From Somniosus microcephalus (lineage: Eukaryota), in the NCBI GenBank assembly GCA_052327205.1, contig CM126218.1, forward strand, positions 38,440,001 to 38,504,000: a stretch of DNA of 64,000 bases, read 5' to 3'. Of the stretch, positions 1 to 14,578 are shown one piece after another. Numbering within the stretch: the first letter of the stretch is position 1; every line of letters begins with the position of its first letter. The notes below the pieces were generated by a model that was given only the letters and a program-made list of their open reading frames with translations, did no database searches and was not told the origin of the DNA. Both the position numbers and the translations under genes were made by a program.

Positions 1-3000
1 ACTATGCAAGCCAGCACAACTGAGTCTTATCCTGTTCTCAATGTCCATAAATGCAACTTTCCAGTGGGCGTTATTGGATATCGAATAGGCGAGGAAACCT
101 TAGCTGATTTTCCTCTTCACTATTTCAGGGACATGTAAGCTAATTATAGTGCCTCTTCTCCTGATGCCACTATGGCCTAGATCAGCTATCTGAGCACAGA
201 GTTGGAGTTAACCCTAGACTTTCTTCATCTATATGGCACAATAATACACCACAGAGGCCATTTACCCACTGAATGATAGGGTGAGTTTGTGAAACTAATT
301 TGAACAAATCAATTGGAAATCAGATTATTATATGCAAATTCAACTTATACAGTAGATTTTTAACAGGACTATCATTAAACCATTACAATAAAATACCTGC
401 AAATGCAGAGACTATTTGCTCCACTCATTGAAACACAATTGAAAAGAAACTAAAATGACAGGCTTATGAGGCAAGACTGAAGTTTTATCATCAATCGTCT
501 ATTTGGTATTTATAAAGTCAATCTGATTTTAATAACGACTTAATTTCCTTTTATATCTCAGAAGAATTATACTAAGCAACATGCAATAATAATTGTTCTA
601 GAGGACAAAGAATGCACAAGAAATAAGCAGACAATTTTTTCATGACATGATTAATATTGCAGCAATTAGATGCTTTGTGACTGGTTGATCTCATGCTGCA
701 ATAGAGCTTTACTTTTCAATACTGCTAGTTCTAAAATGATCGATTTATATTTGTATGAACAGATGTATAATTATTTGGTTTTGCATTGTAATAGATCACT
801 TTTAATAAATTATAAATTCAAATTTTAATCAACATATAGAATAACAATTGAGTTGGAGAGTGCTGCCAGATTGCAACAAGATGAATTTTGACAGGAAAAA
901 TGGCCTTTTCTTGTTTTGTTTCTGCCTCCATCTCTCCTTTCTCATGTAATAGAATCAAAGGGTTCAGATAACATTGCTTAAACCAGAGAAGTGGAGCTCA
1001 AGCAGTTTATTAAAAAAAAATCACTGGTACTACTCAAGACCGTGTTACAGTTTCTAACTCCCGATCGAGTTTTTTCATTTGGGTTGGTTTCATTTGCTAC
1101 TGTCACCCAATACCACCTACAGCTGCCACAGCATGCAGTGAGACACTACCAAAGGACTGGCAGACAGGGGGAGATGTAGGTTTTTGCCCCCAGTGTTTAA
1201 CATGCATATTCAATGTAGCATAGATATTACTGTACATTTACATTGCATTGGAATTAAGTAATCATACATCAGTACGTACCAGCAAGCAATGGGATTAATC
1301 ACTGTCCTTTTGGTGTTGGCTGAGCTTCTGTTCCTTGGGTCATTCAATGCCTTAAGCCCTCCCTCTCTAAAAGCAAAGCTTAGGAATTTATACCGCATAC
1401 ATTCTCTGATCATGGATTTGGGTACATTGGGTACATCTTTCCTCTCAATGTTTTCTTATTTTTCCTTTGGTATCATTACTGCTATCCTGTATGGCTTTTT
1501 CTTGAGCTGTGAAGATAGAACGTCTCACTCTGGCAGCTGCGAATGCTGCTTCCCGATCGGCTGACAGTTGGTAATGCTTTGTCCTCTTGAGACACGGTGC
1601 TGTGCATGTGTGCAGTGCTCCGTGGACCAGCTGAGAACTGGCAAATCTCACCCAGTGAGTGCAGGCGAGCTTAACTGACAGCCATGTCTGGGATTTAAAC
1701 TCTCCATCCCCCACACTGCAGCTTTCCTTTCCTAAATAATTGCAAAGAACCTTTTCGATATGGTCTGCTTTCCTTTACATTTTGTGGATTTCCATCAATA
1801 AGCTACTGTTTGTAAACATGAGGGGCCACTAAGGGTACACTGCACGAAGTAATTTGGGATGTCCTGAAGACATGAAAGGCACTTTATAAATGCAAATTCT
1901 TTCTTTTCTTTAAAATTGCAGCATTAATGTGAAGCAAAATTGCTTTGCATCGATGCTATAGTTGTAGTGTAAATGCATCCTAAGATTTCTTTAACTCACT
2001 ATTTAAGCAGCCTTTGATTTCCAACTGTGAACTAGAAGCTGTCATTTTTCTATTTCACCAGTTAGTTTAATTTAGTTTCTTTCTCTCTCTTGGAAACTGA
2101 CAGCTATGGGCCAAAGAGGAATTGCCCAAATAGTGTCACCAAATGGATAAACAGAGTGCATTTTCAATCCTGAACTGGGGACTAAAGCCTACGAGGTGCA
2201 CAGAATGAATACTGCTCCAATGGTAGCCATCTGTCCTGAGAAGAAGTTTTTCAGAATTCCTGTCAGTACAATTAATGGCACAAGGGAACACGGTACTAAA
2301 CATTCCATTAAAGTAATGAGACTGAAAGGTTAAATCTGGAGATTTCAATACAATTTCTTATGAGTTAGTTGCTACTGGCTTCAATTATTTTCTCTTAGAA
2401 GACAGACTAAAAAATGTACTATTCATTTATTTGTTTGTGAACAGAACCATCTGATACTCCAGTCTTCCAATACTTTGACACAAGCCGCAAATTTTGCAAA
2501 TAAACTATTTCAACGTACAGTTCACTTAGTGAAAGAATGATGAGTTTTTTCAAAGGCATTTTATACAAAGTTGAAAAAAAATCTGCTAATATCTGAAACT
2601 TTAATTAGATCATCAAGAGCAATGGCTGAGACTAATGTATTTTCATAAGAACATAATTTTACATGCTAAAAGTCTTAGTATTTATGAATATTCTTAAACC
2701 AACAATATCATAATGATAAAATAATTTATTTTATTAAAGAATTTATTCTAACCCATCAGAGATGATCACAGTTTTCCTTTTAAATTACCTTAACCAAAAA
2801 GTTGTTTTAAATGCCCATTGCATTTAATTGCTGCCTGTGGTAGCTCCTTTTTATTGAGGAATCATCACTTCATAAACACCTTGAGCCAGCAGTGCCGTAA
2901 GGTTCTTTTATGCTATGAGGCTGCAGGTGACGGCAAATGCATGGCTCCTTCACCCTCAACTGCATTTTGAAATATAAACTGCCTGACTTACCTTGTTCTG

Positions 3001-3659
3001 GTGATAGCAGAGACCCACTGTGAACTCCCACCTGATTCACTGGCCTTACTTCTGCTTGGTGTCTTATGCAGAATAACACTGATTAGAACATAAACAATGG
3101 AAAACAGCACCTGGACGATTACATAATGATGCTCTCCCGAAACTAGCTGCAACATAAAACCTCTTCTAGATATTCTACCACATATCCTAACGATTGGATT
3201 AAGGATTTGTTCCTTAATGCTTAAAGGGGCATCGTCAGCCTACTGGGCACTGGCAAGACGGCTGAGTATGACAGCAAGAGATCAGAACAGCAAGCTTAGT
3301 ATATAGCACGGCACCAGAACGAGGATCTGCTCTGATCTTTTCACCAATGCTATTTTGATGTAATCCATGTGACGAACGCCTGAATGAAACTTTTCAAAAG
3401 CACTGCTTACAACAGTCTCACAATCGGTCGCCGTTCTGGATATGGCCAAATAATGATTACCCAAAGAGTTAATTCTGGAGGACAGCATCCTTTAAGTCTG
3501 ATCTTATCCAGATTACTAAATGCATCCCATACAGTGGCTGATGAAAAGCTAAATAGTAATTTGGAAAAGTAACTTGGTTAAAAAAGGGACGTATTTCAGC
3601 TTAATGCTTACAACAATTACAAGTCCAAAACATAAAGTTTTAAATCTAAAAGGCTCTCT

Positions 3660-4400
3660 TAGAATCATAGAACTTTATTGTACAGGTGGTTGTACTTCAG
3701 CCCATCGCTCCTGTGCTAGCTCTCTGAAAGTGCTATCCAATTAGTCTCATTCCCCAGTTCCTTTATTTTTTTCTTTTTCAATTATTTCTCCACCTTCCTT
3801 TTTAAAAGCTATTATAGATTCTGCTTCCACCATTATTTCTGACCTAACAATCCTGTGTCAAAATTAATCGCCGACTCTCTCCCTTCATTTTTCTGGTGAT
3901 AATCTTAAATTCATGTCTTCTCATTAAAAACTCATCAACCAGTGAAAATAGTTTTTGCCTATTTATCTTATCAAAATCCCTCTTAATTTTGAACATCTCT
4001 GTCAGATTGTCTTTTGGCCTTCACTGTTTTAGTGATAAGAGCCGCAGTTACTTTAGTCGCTCCTCATCCCTGATATCATCCTAGTAAATCACTTCTACAC
4101 CCTTTTACATGACCTTCCCAAAATAGGGCACCATAAACTAGGTAATTTAAGAGCAAAATCAGAAAGCACTTTTTCACACAAAGGGTAGTAGAATTCTAGA
4201 ATTCTCTCCCCCAAAAGGCTGTGGATGCTGGGTCTTTTGGAGCTTTCAAGATGGAGATCGATAGATTTTTGTTAGGTAAGGGTATCAAGGGATATGGAGC
4301 TAAGGCGGGTAAATAGAGTTGAGGTACAAATCGTCCATGATCTAACTGAATGGCAGAACAGGCTCGAGCCCTGAATGGATTACTCCTGTTTCTATGTAAC
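3660..4400. mobile_element. Two degenerate CR1 3' fragments in opposite orientation (about 3660-4140 minus, 4150-4400 plus)
   Basis: Similarity to the CR1 3' ends elsewhere in the window. Confidence 0.7.
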
Positions 4401-4948
4401 CGCAGCTGAACGAATGATTTATATTGGTTTAGTATTACCTCTTTGCTTTTGTACTGTATGCCCCGATTGTTAAAACTAAGGATCTCACATGCTTCCTTTT
4501 ACAGCTTTATCACCTTGCTACACCCACACCCACCACCCCTCACGACTTTTATTTAGAATCACTTTATACACAATTACTTTTCTGGAACCACTGAAAATAA
4601 ACTTATTCCAAATAAGATTAATCAGATTTCCATATTTCAGAGGCTACCCCCTAGTTAAGCCTACATGCTTATATGAGCGGACATTACAAGTGACAAAAAT
4701 CAGAAAAGCGTGCAGCAAAGCTGGACTGACTTGTTTATTAATATGTACCACAATCCTACCTGTGAATTATAGTTTTTAATGCACTGAAAGTCATGAAAAG
4801 TCTCACCTATTTCATTGTAACTAAGAGTTATTTTTTTCTTCATCTCTCACATATAATTCCTGTTTTATTCATTTCTACCAAAATGTAGAGCTACCAGTTA
4901 GAGCCTGACATATGCTGTTCCTAAAGTGCCATCCATCACAGACAGGAA

Positions 4949-5783
4949 GGCTGGAATTTTGCCGGCGCTCAGAGTGCGGGTTTGGAGGCGGGACCGCTGT
5001 CAACCCGCCTCCAATCAATCTTCCCAAGTGTCGGGTCCCCGATTTGCGCATGGACACGACACCTAGCGACGGGAAGAGGATTAAAGCCACTTACCTTCCT
5101 GTTAACAGGTACTTGATAGTAGTTAACAGGCTATTTTTCAATTTTGCCGCTTCTGCCTCGGGGTTCATGACGTTCGGACACCACGCCAGGTAAGTGTGGC
5201 GTGTTGTGAGTCTGGTGTAATGTTTCTGCATTGATGACAGCTGCAGAAGTGGTGTGAAGGATCCAATGGTGCACTGGTGAGTTTCAGAGGTAAGAAAATG
5301 TTGGGAAAATCATTTTTAATGCATTTACACTTTTCTGTAGGTAACAAGTTTTGAATTGGATGTCTAGTCCCACCTCATTTGGAGAACCTCTCTCACCAGT
5401 GACAGATCGCTTCTGTAACCTCACCTGCTGCTGCCATCTGTTCTAGCCTATGGAGGGAGTCATTGGAGAGTCTGGGTGCAAGAGCTCAACTTTGTACAGT
5501 GATTGTCAGTGTTTGCAGCAACCCAATGCTGTCAAACACTGAGAAATGAGCTGTCAAAAAAAATTGTGCATGGTCCCTTTAAGAAAACCGGCAGATGACG
5601 CGTCATCAAATGACGTCATCTGACCGGCTTCCTCTTAATTGGCCGGCAAGCCCGCAGGGTGGGCTTAACAAGGTCAATCAAGGGAAAATCACGTCTGTGG
5701 GCCGGATGCAGTTGGGGGCGGGACTGGAACCCAGAAATCAGCTGACCCACTCCCAAGCCGCATCCATTTACAAAATCGTGGCC
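4949..5783. mobile_element. Non-autonomous Harbinger-like element
   Basis: GGCTGGAATTTTG / CAAAATCGTGGCC ends. Subterminal gggtttggaggcggg motif also present (inverted) at the right end of the 56163-58463 element. Confidence 0.6.
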
Positions 5784-6139
5784 TAAGTGTTGCTAAACTA
5801 TTTCGCATGGGAACCATCACAATCAAGACCAATCCTGTCCTCATATGGCATCCAAATAAGTGTAGCAGGGACACTGACTAGTTATCAGGACAAGGAATCC
5901 TGGCTGATTTTTCCCCTCCCTGGCTCAGATATTGTTGTATCTCCATCATCACTCAATTAACTCAGCATAGACTAGGAAATATCTGTTTAGCTCAGTACCA
6001 CAACAGCCAATCTATTTAACCCTCTCTACTAGAAGCTCGAAGAACAAATTTTAAATTCTGTAAGGAATTAACTGCGAACAATATTACAGGCCAAACTTTT
6101 TTATTTTAGTTGTTCTTTCTTTAACTAACTCTAAAACGA

Positions 6140-7280
6140 CACTGATGACACCCAGCTCTACCTCACAGCCACCGCTCTCGATCCCTCCACTATTCTTCTT
6201 CTTCTCCTTCTTAGGCAGTCCCTCGGAACCGAGGATGACTTGCTTCCACATTAAAAATGAGTTCGCAGGTGACTGATTAGTCCAATGCGGGACCTACAGT
6301 CTCTGTCACAGGTGGGGCAGATGGTGGTTGAAGGGGCGGGTGGGTGGGGTGCTTAGGTTGACATGCGCTCCTTGCGCTGCCTGCGCTTGGCTTCCGCTTG
6401 CTCCCGGCGAAGAGACTCGAGGTGTTTGGCGTCTTCCCGGATGCTTCTCCTCCACTTTGTGCGGTCTTGGGCCAGGGATTCCCAGGTGTCGCTGGGGATG
6501 TTACACTTTTTCAAGGAGGCTTTGAGGGTGTCCTTGAAGCGTTTCCTCTGCCCACCTGGGGCTCTCTTGCCGTGCCAGAGCTCCGAGTAGAGCGCTTGTT
6601 TTGGGAGTCTCGTAACGGGCATGCGGACAATGTGACCCATCCATCGGAGCTGCCTATGATTTGTCACTCTGCTTGTCTGTTATCCAGTATTGGATGGGCA
6701 GAAGTTTCCTCCAATTAAATATTGGGAAGACCAAAGCCATTTCTTCAGCCCCCGCCACAAATTCCATTCACTAGCCACCGATTCCATCCTCCTCCCTGGC
6801 CACTGTCTGAGGCTCAACCAGATTGTTCACAACCTATTTGACCCTGAACTGAGCTTCCGATCTCATATCCACTCCATCACAAAGACTGCCTATTTCCACC
6901 TCTGTAATATTGCTGGTCTCCATCCCTGCCTCAACCCATCTGCTACTGAAACCCTCCTCCATCCTTTTGTTACCTCCATACTTGACTATTTCAATGTTCT
7001 CCTGGCCAGCCTCACATCTTCCACACTCTGTAAACTTGAGCTCATTCAAAACTCTGCTCTGCCTATCGTAACTCACACCAATCCCTGTTCACCCATCACC
7101 CCTGTGCTCGCTGACCTACATTGACTCCTGCCCCTGAAAACCTCTCTCATCAACCAAACTTTTGGTCACCAGTCTGAATATCTCATGATGTGGCTTGGTG
7201 TCAAATGTTGTCTGATAACGCTCCTGTGAGGCAGTTTACTACATTAAAGGCACAATATAAATGCAAGTTGTTGTTGTTAA
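6140..7280 (+). mobile_element. L2 LINE 3' fragment interrupted by the RTE element
   Basis: DDTQLYL at about 6144, FDPELSFRSHI...AYFHL.NI, and tail ataaatgcaagttgttgttgtt. Confidence 0.82.
6193..6655 (-). mobile_element. RTE (BovB-like) LINE 3' fragment
   Basis: QLRWMGHIVRMP...RLPKQALYSEL..GKR..GGQRKRFKD and a (GAA)n tail. Confidence 0.9.
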
Positions 7281-10200
7281 ACTGCTGAATAAAACAAACT
7301 GCAGATGGTTTGCACAGCAAAAGTGAATTAAAATAAAATGGAAAATAAATATCTTATTTTTTCAAGCTTTGCTTACAGTTGTCACAGCTTAGAAATAACA
7401 ATTTCCCCTAATTTTTAACTGACAGTGTCATTAACAGTACAATCACACGATGTCTTGGTGGAATTTCAGTTCCTTCAGAACTGAGATGAAACAACTTTTT
7501 TTTCTTCATTAACATATTAATCAGTTTTTCTTCTGAGGATATACTTCTTTCTCTCCTTGTTCTACTTTCTTCTCACTTTTGATCTCCCCCAGCATTATAG
7601 GTCGTGGTGACTGTGAATATGGGCAGGGCTCTTCGCTTCTATGAATGTTTCTGGGACTGGAGCCACCAGGAGATACTTGTGGGAAGGTGTCTGACCTTTG
7701 GCTAAGGAGCCTGACCTCTACACATCATGTCCTCGCCGCGACACGGCTCAGATCACTAACTCTGCTGAGTGGGAGATCGAAAGAAAATCAGGATGATGCA
7801 CATTGCTGATCTAAATACACTGTACCACCTAATCTACTCTGCCATACCACAACATGGTCAATCAACTACACTAGTATTTCATTAGTATACTAAATTCCAT
7901 ATTTTAGCAGACTGTGGAATAGTTGCTAAGTTATAATATTCATTTGATAGCAAATGCAAAGCATAAATTTGCCACATTTTATCATTTGTAGATAATGAGG
8001 CAAATCATAAATTACCAAACTTGTTATGCATTACATCATAATGTATGAATAAAAAATTGAATAAGTTACCCTATCTTTACTTTTATAATATAATATACTC
8101 GGGAAAACAACTGATATGAGCGTAGACAATTGGAATACTTATAGGAAAATGCTTGGATATAAAAACAAAACTTAGCTAAATTAACTTTAGTTAAGTGAGC
8201 TTAAAAATTGCATCCTTCTTTTAAAAAATCCATTATACCCACTGTGTGTTGATATGAACTTTAGTTAGAACAATCACATGGATTCCCAAGCCAACCTATC
8301 AAACACCACAATGTTGCTTCTTCAACAATTGGTAGGCACTAGCTGGTAACTAATAGTTCTAGCTTTATACTGAAACTGATTTGTGCTCACTCATCCAATG
8401 TATTATTCAATAGCAGGTAAAACAAAACGTGTTTATTTTCAATCACCACTTCAATTAAGAATTATTTTAATAAAGTGTTACTGCTACAACCTGTTCAGTT
8501 CCTAACACATAAAACGTTCCACGATTCCTTTTTGCTTTATTGACAGGGAGAGGCATCAAGGCAGAGAACTAGTGATTGTTCTCTGAACTATGTTCAAAAT
8601 TTGATGTCAAATCATGCTAAGGTCTAATCAATAGCAACAATCACCTATGCATATGTTTTTTAATAGAGAAATTCATAATGCGGTAACACTGAAGGCAAAG
8701 CTTTTCATCAAATAGCAGTTCATCAAATAGCTGTTTTTCAGTGTTATGCTGTACTGTTTGCTCTTGAAATATGCTGAATGATCTTACTACATATGTCAGC
8801 AGAACGGGAAGTGCTAGCTTGCTCCCTATGTAAAAGATGTATACCATCACACTACTAGGGTACTGTTCCTTTGAGCAGAAAACGTAATGACAATGATGCG
8901 TTATTTACGTACACTCTGCAGTTAAATACAGCTGAGATACTTGCATTACTTTTCTTAACTGGAAGTGTACAAAGAAGCAAGTAATGTAAAACAATCAAGA
9001 AATAAGGATCGGGAGAGACTACAGGCTCCAGATCTCTCATCTGCTTTCGTTAGCTGAAACAATTTTCCCCTGCCTTTACTATTCAAAAACTGCAAATCTG
9101 TCTTATTTTTCACCTTCCATTTTATGGACCATTAACTGCAATTAAGCATCTCTCAGTTTCTAAAGTGAACAGTTAATCTGACTCACCTGACCCCAAAGCA
9201 CTAGTGGAATTATGCAGAATTCCCAATCCTCTCTCAGACAGCAAAGATCTGCAGTCGAATACTGGCTTTCTGAGCACCTTGCTTTGATGCGTCATACCAC
9301 ACCAAAGCATCAGAGGAAAATCAGATTCGCATTATTTATTTTTTATTCTGACAAAGGCTTAAGACATAAATACGGCTGTTTTGGCTAAGGGTCAATAGTG
9401 AGCCAGCCCTGCATCAGTTTTACTGCCTTAACAAGTCTATCAATTCTTCATCAGCACAGACTTTCTCGACTGCATCGGTGTTTTTTTTGCAGTCAGGTTA
9501 TTATGGATATTCTGTCACATAGGGAGTCAAGCTGCTACACTCTGATTCACAACCCAGATGACTGGATACCTTTGCTTACACCGACAGTAAGAAAGGCAAT
9601 TTATTCATTATAGTTTCTTTTGTCTTCCAGCCACAACTATATTTAGTGCCTTAAAAGCTTGATTAGTTAAATGGAACAAGGGATGCCACTTCCCCATCCA
9701 CCGTAAAAGAAAATCCCATAGCATCTGAAAGATGTACTGTGAATAATCTGAAATAAGGGCCATCAATTCTACAGCTGCCAAAAACCAACTTCCCGCAAAC
9801 ATCCCTCAAATGGTGGCCAATTAAAGTGCTTCCAGAGACAATGCGAGGACAACCGAACAGCACAGATTGCTGCAAGACTGAAATAGCTTGCCTCCTACAG
9901 CCAATTAAGACACCCTAAAGCACTGCATTAGTTTAACAGATGCATTCATGAAAGGCTGACAATAATTCCCAGTGACCTTTTCATAAGATACCACAAAAGA
10001 GAGAGAAGGGGCAGCATATTTGAAAGAGAAGAAATGCACTATTTTATTTAAAAATAAGAAATGGAGGCTGGTTAGAACACTTTCATTTTCACAAACCTAG
10101 CCAAGTCAGGAGCTAAACCATTTTATTTTGTGCGGAGTGTAAATCTGAAAGACTGGACTGTTAAATGCTGTAAATTGGGAATAGAATTTGCTAATGAAAG

Positions 10201-11349
10201 TCTGTTCTTTGCTATGCTACAATTACCATAGCAACTTTCAGCTGTCATAGCAACCATTTAAAGATTCTCCATTTTAAAATTGCCGACTAAAATGACACCT
10301 AATAATTGCTGTCAGTGCTAAGCGCCATTGATTTTAACTCTGGATAATGTTCTTCTTTCAAACACATGAGATAGTAAACTGCATTTTTGTTTACCTATAC
10401 ATTTGCTATACCTTGTAGTGCATCAAATAGAATGATGTGATACATTCTTGATGTTACTCATACTTTTGTGGATTCAACATGACACAAACATATGGAATAA
10501 GTTAGCAGGGAAAGATATTGAAGGTAATAGTTTTTAACAGGATCAAGAGACAATTAGATTTGTTTCTGGAAATGGAGGGATATGGTAGGGTTGATAAAAG
10601 AAAAGAAAAGGTGGGCTTATTAGCTTAAAACATTCTTAGCTGCTCCTAAAAGTTCATTTGTTTTTCTCTGCTTATTTGTAACCAATTTTTTAAAATTGGA
10701 ATTTTATTGAATAATTTCACATTATCAACCATCTACAGTAATTTAAAATACTTTTAACCACCTCGCAATCTCTCTGGAACTGAACAAACGATCTGCTGCA
10801 AGTTTTACAAGGTACATGAGCTGTGCAAAATTTTATGCAGAGTAACTTCTAGGCCTGTCCAAGGTTTTATGGCTCTGGGATAAAGGGGAGTTTTGTGAGA
10901 AAATGTTCAAAAGGATTTGACAAGAGAAGTACAAGATAGTGAGCAACAGTGAAGTCTCAGTGCAATTGACCCTACTTAAAGAATGGTACACACAGGGTCT
11001 CAGTAAAGGAGGCTGGAAAATGCACACCATTTGAAATGAAGTTATCAAAATATGCATTTTGCTGATAATGGTTGAAATTACAGAACCAAGGCGAGTGGAT
11101 GGAGTTAAGATACAGATCAGCCATGATCTAATTGAATGGTGGAACAGGCTCGAGGGGCTGAATGGCCTTCTCCTGTTCCTATGTTCCTAAATCACAGATA
11201 TGAGTGGAATGGGACTCATTCTCTCCCTCATCCATACATGCTAGTTTACCTAATCCATTAATTGTATCAATTATTGAAATTGTCCCAGCATACCAACCCC
11301 AAGTGAAAAATGTTAATATAGTAAAGTATGGCAAACGAGAAAACACAAG

Positions 11350-12330
11350 AAGAAAAAGAAAAGGCACATTTATATAGCATTGTTAAAATGTTTTTTGTGG
11401 CTCACATTAACGAGTTAGTTTTTGTAGTGCAGTCGCTCTTTTGTTATGTAAGCCAGAAACATCCCACATAGAACAGTGCCGTGAATGACCAGTTTTTGGT
11501 GGTGCTGGTTGAGGGAGGAATGTTTTGCAGGACACGGGGAGAATTCGCTGTTCCTCCTCAAATATTGCCATGGGATCTTTAACATCTGCCTGAGCAGGCA
11601 GATAGGACATCTCATCTGAAGCATGACATCTCTAATAATGCAACACTTCCTCAGTTCTGCACAGGAGAGTCAGCCAGATTATGAACTCATTGGTACATGG
11701 ATATCATCCCTATAGTGGCCTTGAACTCACAGGCCTGGAACTTGGATTGCGCTTGAATCGCCATGCGATCCCTGTGCAGCACTTTCTACAATCAGGCTGG
11801 CAGCAGGACCACGGCAGCTCTGGTCACGGGCGGCGCTGGGTGGGGGGGGTGCGGGCTGGCGCCGGGGGGGAGCGAATTCGGCTGACTGGGACTCTGGCCT
11901 TGGGTAAGTCCCAGGGCAGGGGGTAGGCACAATTCAGCTAAGTATTTTGTTAAAAAGCTTTTCTTTTTGGTGGCAGCCTCCAGCGGTCTCTATAAGGATC
12001 GCTGGTTAGGCCCCACATAGACCAGGTAACCTGCCGTGTTCAGGGTAAACCAATTTCCAGTCTGGGTCCTAAAACAGGCGTTATAGACACCATATCAGCA
12101 TACTGAAATGGTCTAATGCCTGTTTTAGACAGCCGCCAAAAGGGCACCTCTACAGCACCCCAACCACTATGGCGTCAGACATGTTTCCGACGTTGTTCAG
12201 GCGAGAGGTTGGCCCCCTAAACTGAACCTATTTGCACCCATTTTCCACCTGCAACATATGTGCACCAAGGTCCAATATCATCCCCATAATCTGTTACCCA
12301 GTGGTAAGACTGCGACCAGCTAAGCTAACG
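11350..12330 (-). mobile_element. DeuSINE, head interrupted by a MITE
   Basis: Same tail and core motifs in reverse orientation. Confidence 0.65.
11732..12284. mobile_element. GC-rich MITE inserted in a SINE head
   Basis: GGCCTGGAACTTGG / CCAATATCATCCCC ends, flanks ACA/ATA. Confidence 0.55.
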
Positions 12331-14578
12331 AAGCGATGAGCCATACAGCTTAGGAACTGGAACAATTCACTTGTTCTGTTATTTTCATTAAGTATGAAAC
12401 TTAGTACATTTTGCTTTTTATATCGAACAACAAACCATTAATTTAATTTTACACATTTTTTTCAAATTCTATCACGTATCTGCTAAAGCAAAGATTCAAA
12501 TTTGCAAGATCCCTTGAATTATTCACAGAGAGATACAATATAGTGTCCCCTTGAAAATTACTTGTAAATATTAATAAAGAAATCCAGTATGTTGCCTGCA
12601 ATCTGTAATTTCTTTAAGAACCATTAATTCCCTTTAATTCTGCATCATATTGCTGGCTTTTTGTTGCACAACAGTGACACAGTTGTAATTATTAGCTACC
12701 TATTTGCTCACACCAACATACAGTATATAGAGTGCATGCATGAGTATCACATACATTAAGAAACCAAAATGACCAAAGCACAGACCCTCCTCCAGCAGCC
12801 CCAGGCCAATGCCACTTACTGTTCTGAGAAAAGGAAACAACCCATGTACCCGGCTAATAATTTGATATGATCTGACACATGAACATGGCTGGGGCAGAGA
12901 TGTGTGTAAATTCAGCTTAAATCATCTGAATACAAATTGAATGCAATCCTCAGTGAAAACAGCGTAGAACTTAAAGAGCTAAAAATGCATACATGATAAC
13001 TTCAATTTTTTTTTAGTATTGATCACAAATTCCATTCTTTTGTACCCAAAATGGCTCCATTATTTCACATCACTGAGCCAATCAGTTGCATTTCCTATTA
13101 GCCTCGTAGTTACTTAGGCAACTGCACCACCAAGTGCTCAAATACGATAATATCATGTTAATGCAAGATACACACAGAATATGCTACATATCCAACTGTA
13201 CACCTGGTAAACAACATTCACCAATTTGTCGTTAGTCTGGATTAACAAACACCAATGGAGGATGTCGTTTATACTTGATACTTAAACTTGTCCATTGCAG
13301 GATCGACACACAGATAAAATGTAATCCTTATACAGGCAGGGTGTTCATCTCAGCCAGAACTGCTTAGAAAAATAACCAAGATAATTTTGACAAGATCATA
13401 TCTTTGTTGATGAACTATTCCTGGTTGGTATTTGACAAACAATGAAACAAAAGTCCCCTTTGAAGTACAAGTTGACTCGCACTGCACGATATACTGAAAG
13501 TTGTTATAGACACACATTGTTTACGGATTCCTTATTAGTTTAAAAGTATGAACATCTTCTGTGTCATGCACACAGGGCATGCTATTCCACTGCAAAATGC
13601 AGCCAAATAAATCAATGGAAATGGAAATCGGGTGGCTCTATAACGGGCGGGCGATCCGCTCTGTACCATGCAAGTGTTGAAGGAGAAAGTTATCCCCTAG
13701 GATGATCGGTTCCACTTTCATCATCACTTATTTGGAAGACTTTGAGGCAGGCACATTTTGCTCTCAGAGCATTCTACTCCAATACTATATGAGGTGCAAT
13801 AAGACGAAGCACTACGTTAAATGATATGGCAGTAGAAGCATATAGATAGGATTTGTAGAACCAGCCAGCTTTGCTTCCCATTAACGACTATTAGAGAAAG
13901 CACAGAGTTCCAAATCCAGATTTTTATTCAAGTAAAGACATTGTGCATGTGCCTAACAACCTGAGTTTGTTTTCATTAGATCACAGAATAAATATAAATT
14001 AGGTGGCTCTTTGCCTACCTTAGCCCTTCCATCTAGAAAGGCTTAGGTTCAACATCACAACATTCAATTATCTCTTAATTGACTCCAAACTATGTGCTTT
14101 CACTGCCTTACCACAAGTTCATTCCAAGTGTGTTAATCAGTTCCTGTGAAAGAACCTCCTGGCATCAGTGCTAAATGTGTCTTTTGCCATCTAAACCTGT
14201 GTTCCCTTGTCCTATTTTCACAGCATTTCCTGAGTAGTGCTTGCAATTACATTTTCTAGATTGCTAAATATCTTATCCACCTCACTAAGCTCCTGTGTCA
14301 TTTGCCTCCTTTTCAGTTTCCTCTACCTTTCTTCATAATTCAATCCATTAGGAACACTAATGGCAATGATAGCACTAGGGATCAGTCATGTGGCTCGTTT
14401 CTCTCTGTGCCACCTCCAGGGATTGAATGTTTCTCTTGTGTCTCAGTAGATCCCTTTGGATTTAATATCACCACTGATTGGTTATCATGTCATTGCAAAA
14501 CATCTGGTACATTCATTCAGAATGCTCATTTTAGAACTTTAAAACATGTACTCCAACTACCTCTGCATAAACATTCTG

